From contig OZ024745.1 of the NCBI GenBank assembly GCA_964016885.1, positions 75,516,001-75,580,000 of the forward strand: DNA of 64,000 nt. The letters are read 5' to 3'. A program made the position numbers and the translations under genes. The notes under the pieces were generated by a model, which did no database searches, was not told the origin of the DNA, and was given only the letters and a program-made list of their open reading frames with translations. This document shows, in pieces, positions 29,614 to 44,166 of the stretch. Origin of the DNA: Eledone cirrhosa (Eukaryota). Every line of letters starts with the position of its first letter. Within the stretch, counting starts at the first letter, position 1.

Positions 29614-29984
29614 AATTGTTTCTACTTTTGGCACAAGGCCAGCAATTACTCAGTGCATTACTGGTACTTTATTTTATGGACCCTGTAAGGATGAAAGGCA
29701 AAGTTAACCTCGGCGGGATTTGAACTCAGAATGCCAAGGGCCGTAACTCAATGCGTCAAAGCATGGTGTCCGACCATCTACCGATACTGCCAATCCACCG
29801 CTCTTGCTACATATGCATAATTGTCTCTACTACTCAGTACATTACTGGTACTTTATTTTATCGACCCCGTAAGGATGAAAGGCAAAGTTAACCTCAGCGG
29901 GATTTGAACTCAGACTGTAAAGGGACGTAACTATGCTAGAAAGCATGGCGTCCAACCCTCTACCTATACTGCCAATTCACCGCC
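29614..29984 (-). mobile_element. Two tandem S1 SINE copies (29614-29801, 29818-29984)
   Basis: Reverse-complement S1 motifs. Confidence 0.85.
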
Positions 29985-30073
29985 CTTAAATTCACCCCTG
30001 AAATTGCTACATATACATAATGGCACACGGTCATATATATATATATACATATTTATATATATATATGTAAATA

Positions 30074-30112
<39 letters not shown>

Positions 30113-30118
<6 letters not shown>

Positions 30119-30495
30119 GAATGTATGTATAGTATATTTGGCAGTATACCGTATGTTTAATTAACAACATTTTGAAGACCATACGCTATCGGTTTTAAGG
30201 TAGTGACTATGTCTCTTACTTCTTTTCGACGAAAGAAGGAAGAGAAGTTAACAGTCTGTTTCACGCTGTTTGGCGATCACCAGAGCCACGCACTCCCTCT
30301 TCCGCCGAAAATTATAGAAGCTGGATTCTTATAGAATTCCAGTAATAATCAGGAGCTGATTATACAGAGCGATTGCCGGTCAAGCAAAAATTAGGTATTA
30401 GGATTGGTGCTCTGAAATAGCGATGTATACATAAATGTATGTATAGTATATTTGGCAATCAATCCTAATACCTAAGTTTAGGAGAAAATCCTAAT
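30113..30495 (-). mobile_element. 314-bp terminally redundant element with a short inverted end and a degenerate HHR-like motif
   Basis: 30113-30143 repeated at 30427-30457; 30460-30475 inverts 30391-30406; minus strand CTGGTGA-TCGC(CAAACA)GCGT-GAAA at ~30259-30283. Confidence 0.55.
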
Positions 30496-30506
30496 ATATA
30501 TATATG

Positions 30507-30567
<61 letters not shown>

Positions 30568-30606
30568 GATATTAATAAATGGAAACTATATTTATAAAAC
30601 CATATT

Positions 30607-30671
30607 TATTTCATTATATATATTTCAGGGATACCAAATTAAATTATGGTATGCCTTCATCAGACAAAATA
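30607..30671 (-). ncRNA. Hammerhead ribozyme (inverted copy)
   Basis: Minus strand TATTTTGT-CTGATGA-AGGCATACCA...TGGTATCCCT-GAAA-TATATA-TA-ATGAAATA. Confidence 0.8.
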
Positions 30672-30994
30672 CAATATATAACAGTTTTACAAATAAGCTT
30701 TGACGTACCCTATTAAAATGCAACCATTATTTTTGGAAGCCATCCGGATAGTGAGTTGTTTATATTATTTTAATAAGTCATAGTGTTAAGGACAATTAGA
30801 AAAAGACGGAGAGAAAGAAAAATACTTCTCCATTCTTTCTCTCTCTCCGTCTTTTTCTTTCTCTCCGTCTTTTTCTAATTGTCTATGACTTATTAAAATA
30901 ATATAAACAACTCACTATCCGGATGGCTTCCAAAAATAATGGTTGCATTTTAATAGGGTACGTCAAAGCTTATTTGTAAAACTGTTATATATTG

Positions 30995-31059
30995 TATTTT
31001 GTCTGATGAAGGCATACCATAATTTAATTTGGTATCCCTGAAATATGTATAATGAAATA
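30995..31059 (+). ncRNA. Hammerhead ribozyme
   Basis: TATTTTGT-CTGATGA-stem II-GAAA-TATGTA-TA-ATGAAATA; 8-bp stem I with G-U pairs. Confidence 0.8.
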
Positions 31060-31434
31060 AATATGGTTTTATAAATATAGTTTCCATTTATTAATATCGT
31101 ATATCTACTCCAAATACTTGTCGAGTGCTTTATATGAGTTATAAAAATATTTACTTGTTGTATCCCAACAATTTTAAATTGAACTTTTGCATATATATAT
31201 ATATATATATATGCCAATCCTAATATATATATATATATTTTATATACACACACATATTATGGCTATGAAACTATATGAGTGCGTCGCGTAACACGAGCTT
31301 CGGGCACTCATATGTCACACCGCTAGTCACTGGCATAACTTCACAGCAATAAAATATACATCACTGTACCAATGTATTGAGTTTTCATTCTCCTGTTTAC
31401 ATAGCTGAGACTATAATATGAATATATATATATA

Positions 31435-31950
31435 GTTTATATTAAAGTTCATACACTTAACAAGTATACTGATATTTTTCCTTTCAGTCGGCTTGTACAT
31501 CTCATTAATGTTAGTCTATTTCATTTAGTCAAGGCTATGTCGAGATATTTTAATTCGATTTATACATTCTCTCGTCTACGATTTCACAGAACTTATGTTT
31601 ACCGAATTCGCAGACCAGACCCCTTCTTCCTCCCGTTAGACCTGTGCGAAATTCCTTCCTTGTTCACATTTCAACCAGGTTTGATGGTCTTTATTCTCTC
31701 GTTCACGATTTCACCGAACTTAAATTCATAGAAATCTGGGACTTGTCTCCTCCTTCTTCACTTTCTGTTGCCTCACCATTTTGTTTGTTACCCTCACGTC
31801 CCCTTTATTTACGTGTTTTAGCCGTTGCTCGCACCAACCGGAGGTATATGGTCTTTAAAGCGATGAAATACCTATGATAGTTGGAAGATCACTGATGAAG
31901 GACAAACTTTTTTCATATGTAACCCATTTGCAACTCCGCAGCGCCCTTAT
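31435..31950 (+). mobile_element. Diverged member of the family at 62834-63476
   Basis: 31826-31945 (TTGCTCGCACCAACC..GAGGTAT..ATGAAATACC..TCACTGATGAAGGA..CATATGTAACC.ATTTGCAAC) matches the reverse complement of 62855-62970. Confidence 0.65.
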
Positions 31951-31951
31951 T

Positions 31952-31990
<39 letters not shown>

Positions 31991-32107
31991 TTTTCCGTAG
32001 TGTTGTAATATGAATATTACACACAGTAGATGGACAGCTCACGTATAACTGTTATTGAAACACGTGTCAATAAATTCCTTTTAACTGAACTGTATCCATT
32101 TAAATCC

Positions 32108-32158
<51 letters not shown>

Positions 32159-32530
32159 TGTGTATGTAAGTGAATGATTGAGAGCAGTGACGCGGGCTGT
32201 TGAATATATATTTTAGTATAAAAATTTAGGAATGAAAGGCGAAAGTAATATATATAGAGAGTAAAATGTATATTAGATTTCTCAAATTCTTTTATTTCCT
32301 TTACTGAAATCGCTAATATATTATTATAATTAGTTTACCTACGTAATATTACATGATGTTACCCTCAGTGACACAGATATGCTCTTAGAATTTCTCGTGA
32401 GGTGTAATAAAAAGTAAGATTAAATATTTCAATTACACTCAACAAGCAAGGTACATTGTTAAATTCCAGTCTCTGGTACCACACACTCACACACACATAC
32501 ACACAAAAACGCACACACACACACATACAC

Positions 32531-32623
<93 letters not shown>

Positions 32624-32669
32624 CCAAGTTCTATAAGATATTCATTTAGTAAATGAATTTATGCGTTAC

Positions 32670-32705
<36 letters not shown>

Positions 32706-32752
32706 ATGTATATGTATGTATATATGTATGTGTGTAAATATATATATATGTA

Positions 32753-32803
<51 letters not shown>

Positions 32804-33395
32804 GTGTGTGTGTATGTATGTATACATATATACATACATACACACACACACATATGTATGTATACATATATACATACATATCATATAAACATACACATAT
32901 ACATACACATACATGCACATATACACACAACATTTTTGTGATTTAGATGTGATATTGTACGTTGTGATAGACAGGTAAGCTGTGAAGATACTCCGTCCAC
33001 ATTTATACTGCCAGCGCCATTTTCATTATTACTAAGTTCATTTAAATGAGATTTATATTTTACCTAGCCAATAAAAGGTCTGTCAGACAGAAGGTATTAC
33101 ATTTCAGACTTCAACATCTGTCAAAGATAACTTACTATTTCATTATTATGGAGAATATAATGGAACGCTGGCTGCTAAAAATGTCACAGTAACTCCTACC
33201 ATCGGTGAAATGTCACCGAAGTAATAGAATTCTTGACACCCTGGATATATGTACAGACTGTCTATGTCTAGCTTGGAAGATGGTATGCTAGAGGTAATTT
33301 TCTAATATTGTCCACTCAACATGGATAGAGGTCATTTTTTTTTTGTTGGCTTTCTTTTCTTTCTTTTCAGCTGTTTAGTTCGTCTCTTATATAGA

Positions 33396-33447
<52 letters not shown>

Positions 33448-33452
33448 ATGTG

Positions 33453-33536
<84 letters not shown>

Positions 33537-34829
33537 GTCTGTAATTCGAATGTCCAGCGAAAAGATAGAAGTGCCAGAGCAAGTCTTGACCTCGTCTCTA
33601 GCTTTAATACATTACATTACCGAGAACGAACATTCATATTATCAATGGAATGGATAAATATATTGGAAGATTACATTACATTTCAGTATTGAGTAGTTGT
33701 AGCTAGAATCTCAGCCTTTTCGTTGCATGTCACTTTTGAAAGTGAACTGCACTGATAAAATATTTCAATATTTCGTTTACACAGAATGTTCGGCTAAATA
33801 ATCAATTATCTTCCACCAATAATTACATTAAGCGCATCTTTGATGAGGATGTAGAATATAATATAGCACAATATAAGTGAAGATAAGGGAAAATTAGTAA
33901 AACCAATCGTCCAGGCAAGAAGAAGAATAAAAATAACTGACTTTACTCTTCTGTAGTGGCTATTAGAGAAGAGTATTAAAACATACACACAAACATATAT
34001 ACAAACATAGATACAAACATCCAAACAATATCACGAAATTATAGCACTAATTAAATAGGAAATAAATAAATAAAGTAAATATTTTTTAATTAGAAAAATC
34101 GCCAAAGATATGTATTCTCTTGTGGCTCTGTTTGTTAATTAAGGAAGCGGTTTCGATTTTTCTTAAACGCGTTTGATGAGAAACATTACGAACAGCGAAA
34201 TAACAGAAGACTTCGATTTAAAACAATACCAAAAAAATACAAGGCTGAAATAAATACAAAATTATAAACTAAACAGACAAAAAAATAATTTCTAAATTTA
34301 TGACAGTAAAGAAAGGAATTCTAAATACTAACATCACTGTATATATGACTATAACTCATCTTTAACTTCAATCCTGCCTGTTTGGAGATAATGGCCTAAT
34401 CAATAATCTCCTACAAGTAAACAACGAAACAAAAACTAACAAGAATATAAACAGTGGCAGAATCAGTGGAACAGCAGAAGGAAATTATAATTAAAAAGCC
34501 AGATAGACTTAATGGAAAATTAAATGAATTAAAAGCAACACAGAAGAAAGAAAAATCGAAATGTTAAAGGTTAAAAGGATCATATTTGAAAAACATAACT
34601 ACACCTGACACACATACACACTTATACACACAGATGCATACGCACACGCACGTTCACACAGACACACACGCACACATACACTCATATATATATTATATAA
34701 ATATTTATATATATAGACGAAATTTATACAAGCATATAAGGAATCATAAATATACATAAAAAGACATGATGGAGCATCACAGCGACAACACATGCGCATA
34801 TATATTTATATATATATATATATACATAC

Positions 34830-34983
<154 letters not shown>

Positions 34984-34993
34984 TAAACATAAA

Positions 34994-35037
<44 letters not shown>

Positions 35038-35089
35038 AATATTTATGTGGTGAACCAACAAACCTAAATACATACATATATATATATAC

Positions 35090-35170
<81 letters not shown>

Positions 35171-35954
35171 CACATGCGTTCGTGTGGGTACGCATGTGTA
35201 TACTTTTGTATATACGTATGCGTATGCAAAATCTGACTAAAATTTCTGATATCTAAAATTGATACAAATTCTATTACCATAAAATTGTTGTGGCATCATT
35301 TACTTTAATAAAATTCAATTAACTACACACCGTCTCCAATACTAAACTATTATTGCTTAGCAACATTTCTAAACCTTTCGTTACAAAGTGAATATTTATT
35401 ATTTACTAATTATTGAAATTTCTTCATTTCATACAAACAAAATTAAATCAAATAAAATTATATTTAGGGAGGGAGAAAAAATGGAGTAAAAAAATCATAA
35501 CATGTTTGAATTTTGAACAGTTTAAAATATTTTCAAGCTCATTAAGATGTCAATAAAAGCCTCTCAGGAAAAAAAAAACGATTATAGAATTGTGGTTTTG
35601 GTGTCTCAGCGAAGGCAGTAGTGCCATTGCGCTCTTAAAATACCTTTTCCTCATAAACAATTTCGGAAAAAGTATACTTTTTACCAATTACGCTTTTACT
35701 TGTTTATTGGTTCCAAGCCTTCAGGCGCTTGCTATCTTTGGAAGACCGACAACGCCGCTATCAAAAGAATTGATTTTTACAAAATTATTAATTAGAATTT
35801 TAGCAACATATTTACGTAAAAGACTAAAATAATAAGGGAACGAATATGTCTTAAGCTGAAAAAGTTGGTAACTGAAAGATATATTTTTTATAGATGTTTT
35901 GTAAAAATTATCAATTAAAATTTCAATTATGTATTTACATAAAACACTAGAATA

Positions 35955-37252
35955 ATTCTTTCTAATATTGGCACAAGGCTAGAAACTTAGAAGAAGAGGA
36001 AAGTTGATTATATTGACCTCAGTGCATAACTGCTACTGTATTTTATCGACCGCAGAAGGATAAAAACCAAAGTTGATCTGAGCAGGTTTTGGACTCATAA
36101 CGTAAAAAGCCGGAACAAATATCACAAAACATTTTGTTCGCCATTATAATGATTACACCAATCTACCGACTCCTTTAAATGATTAAATAATTTCTTTCTA
36201 ATTTTGTTTAAATAACTAATATAACAACATGAAATGTGTCTTTGGAAGAAAAAGATGGTAATAAACAGTGAAGATACACTTTTTGTCAGAAATATTTGTT
36301 TCTGATTTAAGCAGGAGGGGAAAGTCGATTAAATCGACCCAGTATATTACTGGTACTTTATTTTATCGACCCCGTAATGATGAAATGCAAAGCTAACTTC
36401 GGGAGGATTTGAAATCAGAACGTAACTCTATACCATGAAGCATGGTGTCCGACACTCTAGCGATAATGCTAATCCACCACCCTATTTTGTCAAAAATATT
36501 AATAAAAATTTCACTTACATATTGACTTAAATGACTAAACTAAAATAAAATTGGAAAGAATGTGCTCTAGATGAAAAAAATAATAACAAAAATTTAGATA
36601 TATTGTTTGAAATATTTTGTAAAAATTATTTATTAAAATTTTAGCTGTTTATTTCTTTATAATACTAAAATAATAAGGGAATCGTGAGCCGAACACCTTA
36701 ATCTTCAAGGTCATCAGGAGCCGGTGACGTGTTGTGTTCTTGAGCAAGACACTTTATTTCACGTTGCTTCAATCCTGGAAAAGAATTAGTTGTACCTGTA
36801 ATTCAAAAGAGTCATATTTTGTCACATACTGCCATGCTTAATCTCCCTAAGAATTAACTAGTTAAGACTACAGCATTTTGTGGAATACTCAGCCACTAAC
36901 ACTACAAGATGAGTTGTACTTATGATCCAAAGACCTAGCTTTGTCACATACTGTCCCATGCTGAATCTCCCTGAAAACGGCTTTAAGGTTATGCAGTGTA
37001 GAATACCTACCAATATGCACCTTCATTTCACGTGTAAGCTGTTCCTTTCTTGAACAACTAGAACATATGTCGGAATCAACCGAGGTCTCAAAACAATAAT
37101 TTAGATACAGGGCCAGCCAGAGAAAGGTTGATTAAATCGGGTACTTTATTTTATCGACCCTCGAAAAAGTAAAGTTGTGTTCGGCAGGATTTAAACTCAT
37201 AACTAAATACTCCTAGGTATTTTGTTCGACTTTCGAATGATTCTGCCAATCC
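35955..37252. mobile_element. SINE cluster: S1 (-) 35955-36170, 36297-36480, 37105-37252; S2 (+) 36680-37085
   Basis: Diverged S1 and S2 diagnostic motifs. Confidence 0.72.
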
Positions 37253-38067
37253 ACAACACTGTGTCTTTAGACAAAAGAAATGGTAAACAACTAGTGAAGA
37301 TATTCTTGTAGTGACACTCGGTATTTCTCCTTTAATTTTCACAGCATTCTTCGATTTGTTCTGCTTTTGTGTTTAGATTTTGTTGTTTTTTTACGTTTAT
37401 TGCTTCAAAAATAATGCTTTAGTAATACATAATTATCTAATATTCTCCTATAGTTGAATAACTATATTCATCATCTGCTCTCTATTGTATCAACGTTGAT
37501 AAGGTTCATTTGCTTGAATAGTCCATTGTTTCGTAATACACCAAGCCAGCTGCAGCTCTAAATATGTACGCACGTAGACACAAATACATAGACATATATA
37601 TGCAGAGACTCATAGACACATATACATTGGCATATATATACATAGACACACATACGTCAGCATAGATATGCATAGACACATAGACACATGTATATATGTG
37701 CATATATGTATGTGCATATATACATACGCACATATGTGCATACACACATAGGCACATATACATAAACATATCTGTTAATAGACTCATGGACACATATACA
37801 TTGGCATATATTTACATAGACACATAGTCACATATATATAGGCATATATGTACATAGACACATAGAAACATATGCATAAACATATATGTTAATAGACACA
37901 TATACATAGGCATATATGTACATAGATACATAGACACATATACATAGGCACATATGTGCATAGACACATAGACACATATACATAGGCATATATGTGCATA
38001 GACACATAGAGACATACATAAACATATCTGTTAATAGACACATATACATATGCATATATCTACATAG

Positions 38068-38152
<85 letters not shown>

Positions 38153-38491
38153 GGCATATATGTTCAAAGACATAGGCACATATGCATAAACATACATATA
38201 TGCGTATACACCTTTACTCTTTTTCTGGATTAACCCATCTGTCTGTGGCCTCGGCGAGGCGCCGCCATGAATAGGATATTACATACATAAACACATAATA
38301 GATGTAGTTATCGTCCATTCTTTATATATATTATCAAATCCAATCACCTCCATATTCTAAATAACATCCAATATTAAGTTTAGTAAATGATATATTGTTT
38401 GGGGATAATATATAGTTTAGAATTGAATGGATCTCTGTCGGTCACGACGATGAGCATCCTGTTGGTTGATCAACTAAACATGCGACGATTT

Positions 38492-39765
38492 TAATTAATA
38501 GGGAAATCGCTTAGTATTCCACATTAAATTAATGGGTAAGTCATTTAGTATTCCACATTAAATTAATGGGTAAGTCATTTAGTATTCCACATTAAACTAA
38601 TGGGTAAGTCCCTTAGTATTCCACATTAAACTAATGGGTAAGTCCCTTAGTATTCCACATTAAACTAATGGGTAAGTCCCTTAGTATTCCACATTAAACT
38701 AATGGGTAAGTCATTTAGTATTCCACATTAAATTAATGGATAAGTCCCTTAGTATTCCACATTAAATTAATGGGTAAGTCCCTTAGTATTCCACATTAAA
38801 CTAATGGGTAAGTCCCTTAGTATTCCACATTAAACTAATGGGTAAGTCCCTTATTATTCCACATTAAACTAATGGGTAAGTCCCTTAGTATTCCACATTA
38901 AACTAATGGGTAAGTCCCTTAGTATTCCACATTAAATTAATGGGTAAGTCCCTTAGTATTCCACATTAAACTAATGGGTAAGTCATTTAGTATTCCACAT
39001 TAAATTAATGGGTAAGTCCCTTAGTATTCCACATTAAACTAATGGGTAAGTCCCTTAGTATTCCACATTAAATTAATGGGTAAGTCCCTTAGTATTCCAC
39101 ATTAAACTAATGGGTAAGTCCCTTAGTATTCCACATTAAATTAATGGGTAAGTCCCTTAGTATTCCACATTAAACTAATGGGTAAGTCATTTAGTATTCC
39201 ACATTAAATTAATGGGTAAGTCCCTTAGTATTCCACATTAAACTAATGGGTAAGTCCCTTAGTATTCCACATTAAATTAATGGGTAAGTCCCTTAGTATT
39301 CCACATTAAACTAATGGGTAAGTCATTTAGTATTCCACATTAAATTAATGGGTAAGTCCCTTAGTATTCCACATTAAACTAATGGGTAAGTCCCTTAGTA
39401 TTCCACATTAAATTAATGGGTAAGTCCCTTAGTATTCCACATTAAACTAATGGGTAAGTCCCTTAGTATTCCACATTAAATTAATGGGTAAGTCCCTTAG
39501 TATTCCACATTAAACTAATGGGTAAGTCCCTTAGTATTCCACATTAAACTAATGGGTAAGTCATTTAGTATTCCACATTAAATTAATGGGTAAGTCGCTT
39601 ACTATTCCACATTAAATTAATGGGTAAGTCATTTAGTATTCCACATTAAATTAATGGGTAATTCGCTTACTATTAAACATTAAATTAATGGGTAAGTCAC
39701 TAAGTATGCCACAATAAATTAATGGCTAAATCACTTAGTATTCCGCATTATATTAATGGGTAAGT
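38492..39765. repeat. 34-bp minisatellite TTAGTATTCCACATTAAA(C/T)TAATGGGTAAGTC(CC/AT), about 37 copies
   Basis: Exact 34-bp period with no spacers; degenerate units at both edges. Confidence 0.96.
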
Positions 39766-39834
39766 TTCAACTCCTGGCATAAAATGATAACATTAAGTCA
39801 ATAAAAGGTTTAGGACTCATTGATATTGATATCA

Positions 39835-39980
39835 AGCGGCGACGTTAGAATGTTGGATAGAACGATTTGCGGGATTCGTTTTGGCTCTCTGTTCTCTCAG
39901 TTCAAATCCTCTCGAGATCAACTTTGCCTTTCATCCATTTGAGGTCGACAAAAAAGTACCAGTCTAGTATTGGGGTTGAT
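39835..39980 (+). mobile_element. S1 SINE, diverged
   Basis: GTTCAAATCC...CAACTTTGCCTTTCATCC..GAGGTCGA. Confidence 0.7.
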
Positions 39981-41204
39981 TCTTCCTTTATATCTCTTTC
40001 TCACTTCCATTCCCTCATTCTCTACCATTCTCTGGAAAAAAATCTGCTGTATTCAGGCCAAGAGAGATGGACTCTGTCAGGCTTTAAAATGCCCTAGAAA
40101 CGTATTCTGTCAATACGGTGCCCATTCTACTCCATCAGGAGTTACAGGACCATGCATGAATATTGATAACAATTACCGAATGATAACATTGAATGTGATT
40201 ATAATAAGCGGTTTCCACTGTATTTTGAATTTGCGAAAATTATTTCTTTAGTGATTTTTTTTGTTTATTTTAATCTAGTTTCTTATTCTTTTTCGTCTGT
40301 TAGACCTCCGTCCGTATCGGGGACGATTGTTACTGTTGTACAAACAACGGATTAACTTTCTCATGACATCAGTTTGCAAGTGGTTGAGCGTATCACAGAC
40401 ACATATACCATTAACGAAGTTCTCTGGAAGATTCGGCTCGACACTGTTGACCCTTAGAATCCCTAATACAACACATTTTGCTAGCTATTAGACTAGAATA
40501 GTATGAAATAAAATGTCTTGCTCAAGTACACAACACATAGTCGGGAATCGAACTCATGACTTTATCACCGTGAGCTAATTACCCTAAAATCTTAACCACA
40601 TGCCTTCACACTATTCTTTTTAATGATTATTTTTTAAACATACATTTGTTTGTTTTTTTTATCTATAGTATCTTTTTAATCTTTTACTATTGTATAGATT
40701 CCTAAACATAAACACTGAATCACCAGGGGGACATATTATTGTAATGCACATCTTCTATTCTTTGATTGATGACTACATGTCGGAAAAAATGAACTCCTGG
40801 TTAAATTACTCCATCTATTGTATTCTGTGTACATTTCATCACTAACTATTATTACTTCATTTTGTTTTATTTTCTTTAACTTATTATCCTTCACCAAATT
40901 GCTCTTCCAAATCGATTATTTTGTTTTTTTAAATGCTTTTATTTATTAGGTTTTTTTTTTCTTTGGGTGTATGTATGTTTGTATGAGTGTTGTGTGTTTC
41001 CTTTTCTTTCTATATTAGTATTCTTTCGGGAAACATTTCTTCATCCAATGAGAATCTGTAAAATAGGCATGTAATAAACAACCTCAACAAAATACGACTG
41101 CTATGAAGTTTTCAAATAAAATTGTGCTTTAAAACATACTATACATGTATGTGTGTATGTTTGTGTGCGTGTGTGTGTAGGTATACACACACACACACAC
41201 ACAT

Positions 41205-41279
<75 letters not shown>

Positions 41280-41924
41280 CCTTTGTTTATTTAATTAATT
41301 ATTTATTTATTTTTCAGTGTAGAAATTAATTGAAAGTGTTAGCTGTGGTAATGTATAAATTAAAATTCTTTCAAAATATAACAGGTAAATCAATCCGAAC
41401 TATTTGACAAACATTCATTTCTGTCGACGAAAAGAAACAGAAGAAGCGGATCGTCAGATCGGACCGAGGAAAGTGTTACCATTGTTTAGTTTTAATTTTT
41501 AATTTTTTTTTTACTATCTGCCAGTTGCAGATCCTGACAGAAGGAGTAACGTGAAATAAAGTATTTTGCTCAAGAACTCAATGCAACAGGAATCGACCCA
41601 ACACCCAAACTACTAAACCATGTGCATGCATCTCTTCTAACACCAAGCAAAAACCTCTGGATTTCGGAATTGCAATTAAAACTTTCTCCGGTTTAAATTC
41701 GGATAAATGATTCATATTACATCATTCAAAAATATATATCTACGTATCGGTTTAAATATGGGATAATAACAGGAAATATTTCAAATAGATTATCGTTATT
41801 TTGTAGTTTTAACCTTGAAAAATATATATATATATTATACATAATGAAATTTGTCACAAATATACATAGCATCTCAATGAAAAGAGATCGTTAAAATATC
41901 TTATTGAGAGAAGTATATATATAT

Positions 41925-42608
41925 ATAAATGGAATAGAATGAAACGAAATTTCATTTCTCACTCTTAGTACGGCACTTACTTAAATGTAAGTATGTATGT
42001 ATACGTACATACATATATGTATACAGACGTACAGTAGCATGTATATATATACATACAGGCACACATATATATATGCACGTATCAGTTTACCGAACATTTA
42101 TTATAATGCTCGGTTTGTTCGTTTGTAAACAAACAGCCTGAATTACGCCGTACAGTGTTTAGGCAACCACGTCACCTTTCGTACTAAGAGTGAGAAATGA
42201 AATTTCGTTTCATTCTATTCCATTTATCGTTTTCGGTGCGCCTGGCCGACTGAACTCACTCGATATGCAAATTAGGCTGCTCAGCCGTTAATTTTCATAA
42301 GGAAAGTATATACTTTCGGACGTTCAACCATCTGGCAGAAAGGTATACGGTGCTGACGATAACTAATAAGCTTGAAACTAGTACATCGTTCCTGTGTCAA
42401 TGATGAACAAAAAGGTGACGTGGTTGCCTAAACACTGTACGGCGTAATTCAGGCTGTTTGTTTGTTTACAAACGAACAAACCGAGCATTATAATAAATGT
42501 TCGGTAAACTGATACGTGCATATATATATGTGTGCCTGTATGTATATATATACATGCTACTGTACGTCTGTATACATATATGTATGTACGTATACATACA
42601 TACTTACA
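41925..42608 (+). mobile_element. F2 retrozyme-like element: inverted partial copy (41925-42179) joined to a circularly permuted forward copy (42180-42608)
   Basis: Homologous to 5719-6176; the forward arm reads through the unit junction (CCATTTAT|CGTTTTCGGTG); (TA)n flanks. Confidence 0.9.
42347..42389 (+). ncRNA. Minimal hammerhead ribozyme (F2)
   Basis: ACGGTG-CTGACGA-TAACTAATAAGCTT-GAAA-CTAG-TA-CATCGT; one mismatch in stem II. Confidence 0.78.
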
Positions 42609-42621
42609 TATATATATATAT

Positions 42622-43016
42622 ATATTAGTAAAAGGAAAAGAAAATGCTGACAAATTTTTCCCAGTGAAAAATAGTTTAATTAGAAATAAGTATAAATTAA
42701 TAATAAGTATTGGTTAGTATTCAGTTTTAGTTTTAAGTTTTTACCGGTTGCGCATTTCTAATGCTTTTCAAAAATAATTTTGAGATAGAGCGCTCGTGAT
42801 GTTTGCTCTAATGTGATTAGAGCAAACATCACGAGCGCTCTATCTTAGAAATGCGCAATCGGTAAAAACTTAAAACTAAAACTGAATACTAACCAATACT
42901 TATTACTAATTTATACTTATTCCTAATTAAACTATTTTTCACTGGGAAAATTTTGTCAGCATTTTCTTTTCCTTTTACTAATATATCACAACTCGTGTGT
43001 TACACCTCTATTTTTT
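42622..43016 (+). mobile_element. Fold-back copy of the Neptune-like pLTR (centre ~42813)
   Basis: Long inverted arms; shares ATTAGAGCAAACATCACGAGCGCTCTATCT...ACCGGTAAAAACTTAAAACTAAA with 11853-11938. Confidence 0.85.
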
Positions 43017-43073
<57 letters not shown>

Positions 43074-43130
43074 ATAATAAATATATAAATAATATATTTT
43101 AATAAATATATAAATAATATATTTTAATAA

Positions 43131-43162
<32 letters not shown>

Positions 43163-43449
43163 ATTTATATATATATATATATATATATACAGGGGCAGTG
43201 GAACTGGAGGGGGCGGCAGGAGAGTAATCCCCCCCCCCCCCACATAATTATATTTTTCTCCCAAATCTGCCAAAACACTCATCTATTTGTATAAGTGCTA
43301 CAATTTACGTACATGTTAAGTAAAGACAGAATGAAAGATATAGAAACAGAGAAGGCGAGAGTTTGGTGGTAATTGGTATAGAGAGGGGGAGAGTTTAGTG
43401 CTAATTGATATAAAGAGGGGGGGTTCCCTTTGCTAATCTTCACTTACAT

Positions 43450-43560
43450 AGTTTTAGGTGAAAAGGGTGACAGATTTCACCTTTCTTTGGATAAATTCTT
43501 GACAATGAGAGACTCGTTTGTCCAATACTACTTCCACCACAATACACTTTTTTACCTGGA
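43450..43560 (-). mobile_element. Old inverted CRE-like 3' end remnant
   Basis: GAAAAGGGTGACAGATTT..CACCT is the inverse of 44014-44038; the minus strand retains a KRVS..IV remnant. Confidence 0.45.
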
Positions 43561-43677
43561 GATGACTGATATCTGATATTTTGTTTTGGCCTGCTACGCC
43601 GGCAAAGGACTAAGTGCTGTTGCTGGTGGTGATACGTTTGTTAGTTATTACATTGTTTGCGTTTTCACTGGTTATAT

Positions 43678-44166
43678 CACTCATCTGGGACGCGACATGC
43701 TGTGACACGTTCTTCGCATCCAATTTAGTCGCCTCGGCCACAAACGCCAGTACTGCGACTCGCAATGCAGAAGACAGGAAGACAAGCAAATACCGGAGCT
43801 TGTTCTTTGCACCGGTCACGGCCAAGACCTCAGGTGTCCACGACGGCATCCGGACTGCTGACCTCATCCGTAAAATCGGATCGATAACCGCCTGTCTGAG
43901 GAAGGAGCCTCGCAAGGTGGTGTGGCTCTTGCAGCGTGTGTCGCTCTCCATTGTCCGCGAAAATGCTTTTACTAATTTGTCCGCGGGACGCAGCCGAAAC
44001 ACCGCTCTGACCTAGGTGTTAAATCTGTCACCCTTTTCCCTTCTCCCTTTCGTTCTTCCTTTGTCCTTTAGTCCTTGCGCTTCCCCTCCTTTTCATGTCA
44101 TTTACGGCATTTATTGTTCGTTCCAATGCTATATTTTTTTTCTGTATAGTTAACCAAATAAAAAAA
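43678..44166 (+). mobile_element. 3' fragment of a CRE-like RLE retrotransposon with 3' UTR
   Basis: SLIWDATCCDTFFASNLVASATNASTATRNAEDRKTSKYRSL..FAPVTAKTSGV...EPRKVVWLLQRVSLSIVRENA; stop at 44015; A-rich end. Confidence 0.85.

Larger units (their letters stand above)
30563..31190 (+). mobile_element. Large fold-back pLTR element (arms ~30563-30822 and 30853-31103) with one HHR per arm
   Basis: Near-perfect ~250-bp inverted repeat inside (TA)n. Confidence 0.85.

Noticed and set aside
38492-39765. CRISPR-sized 34-bp repeat
   Set aside because: Units are contiguous with no spacers, there are no cas genes, and the context is eukaryotic
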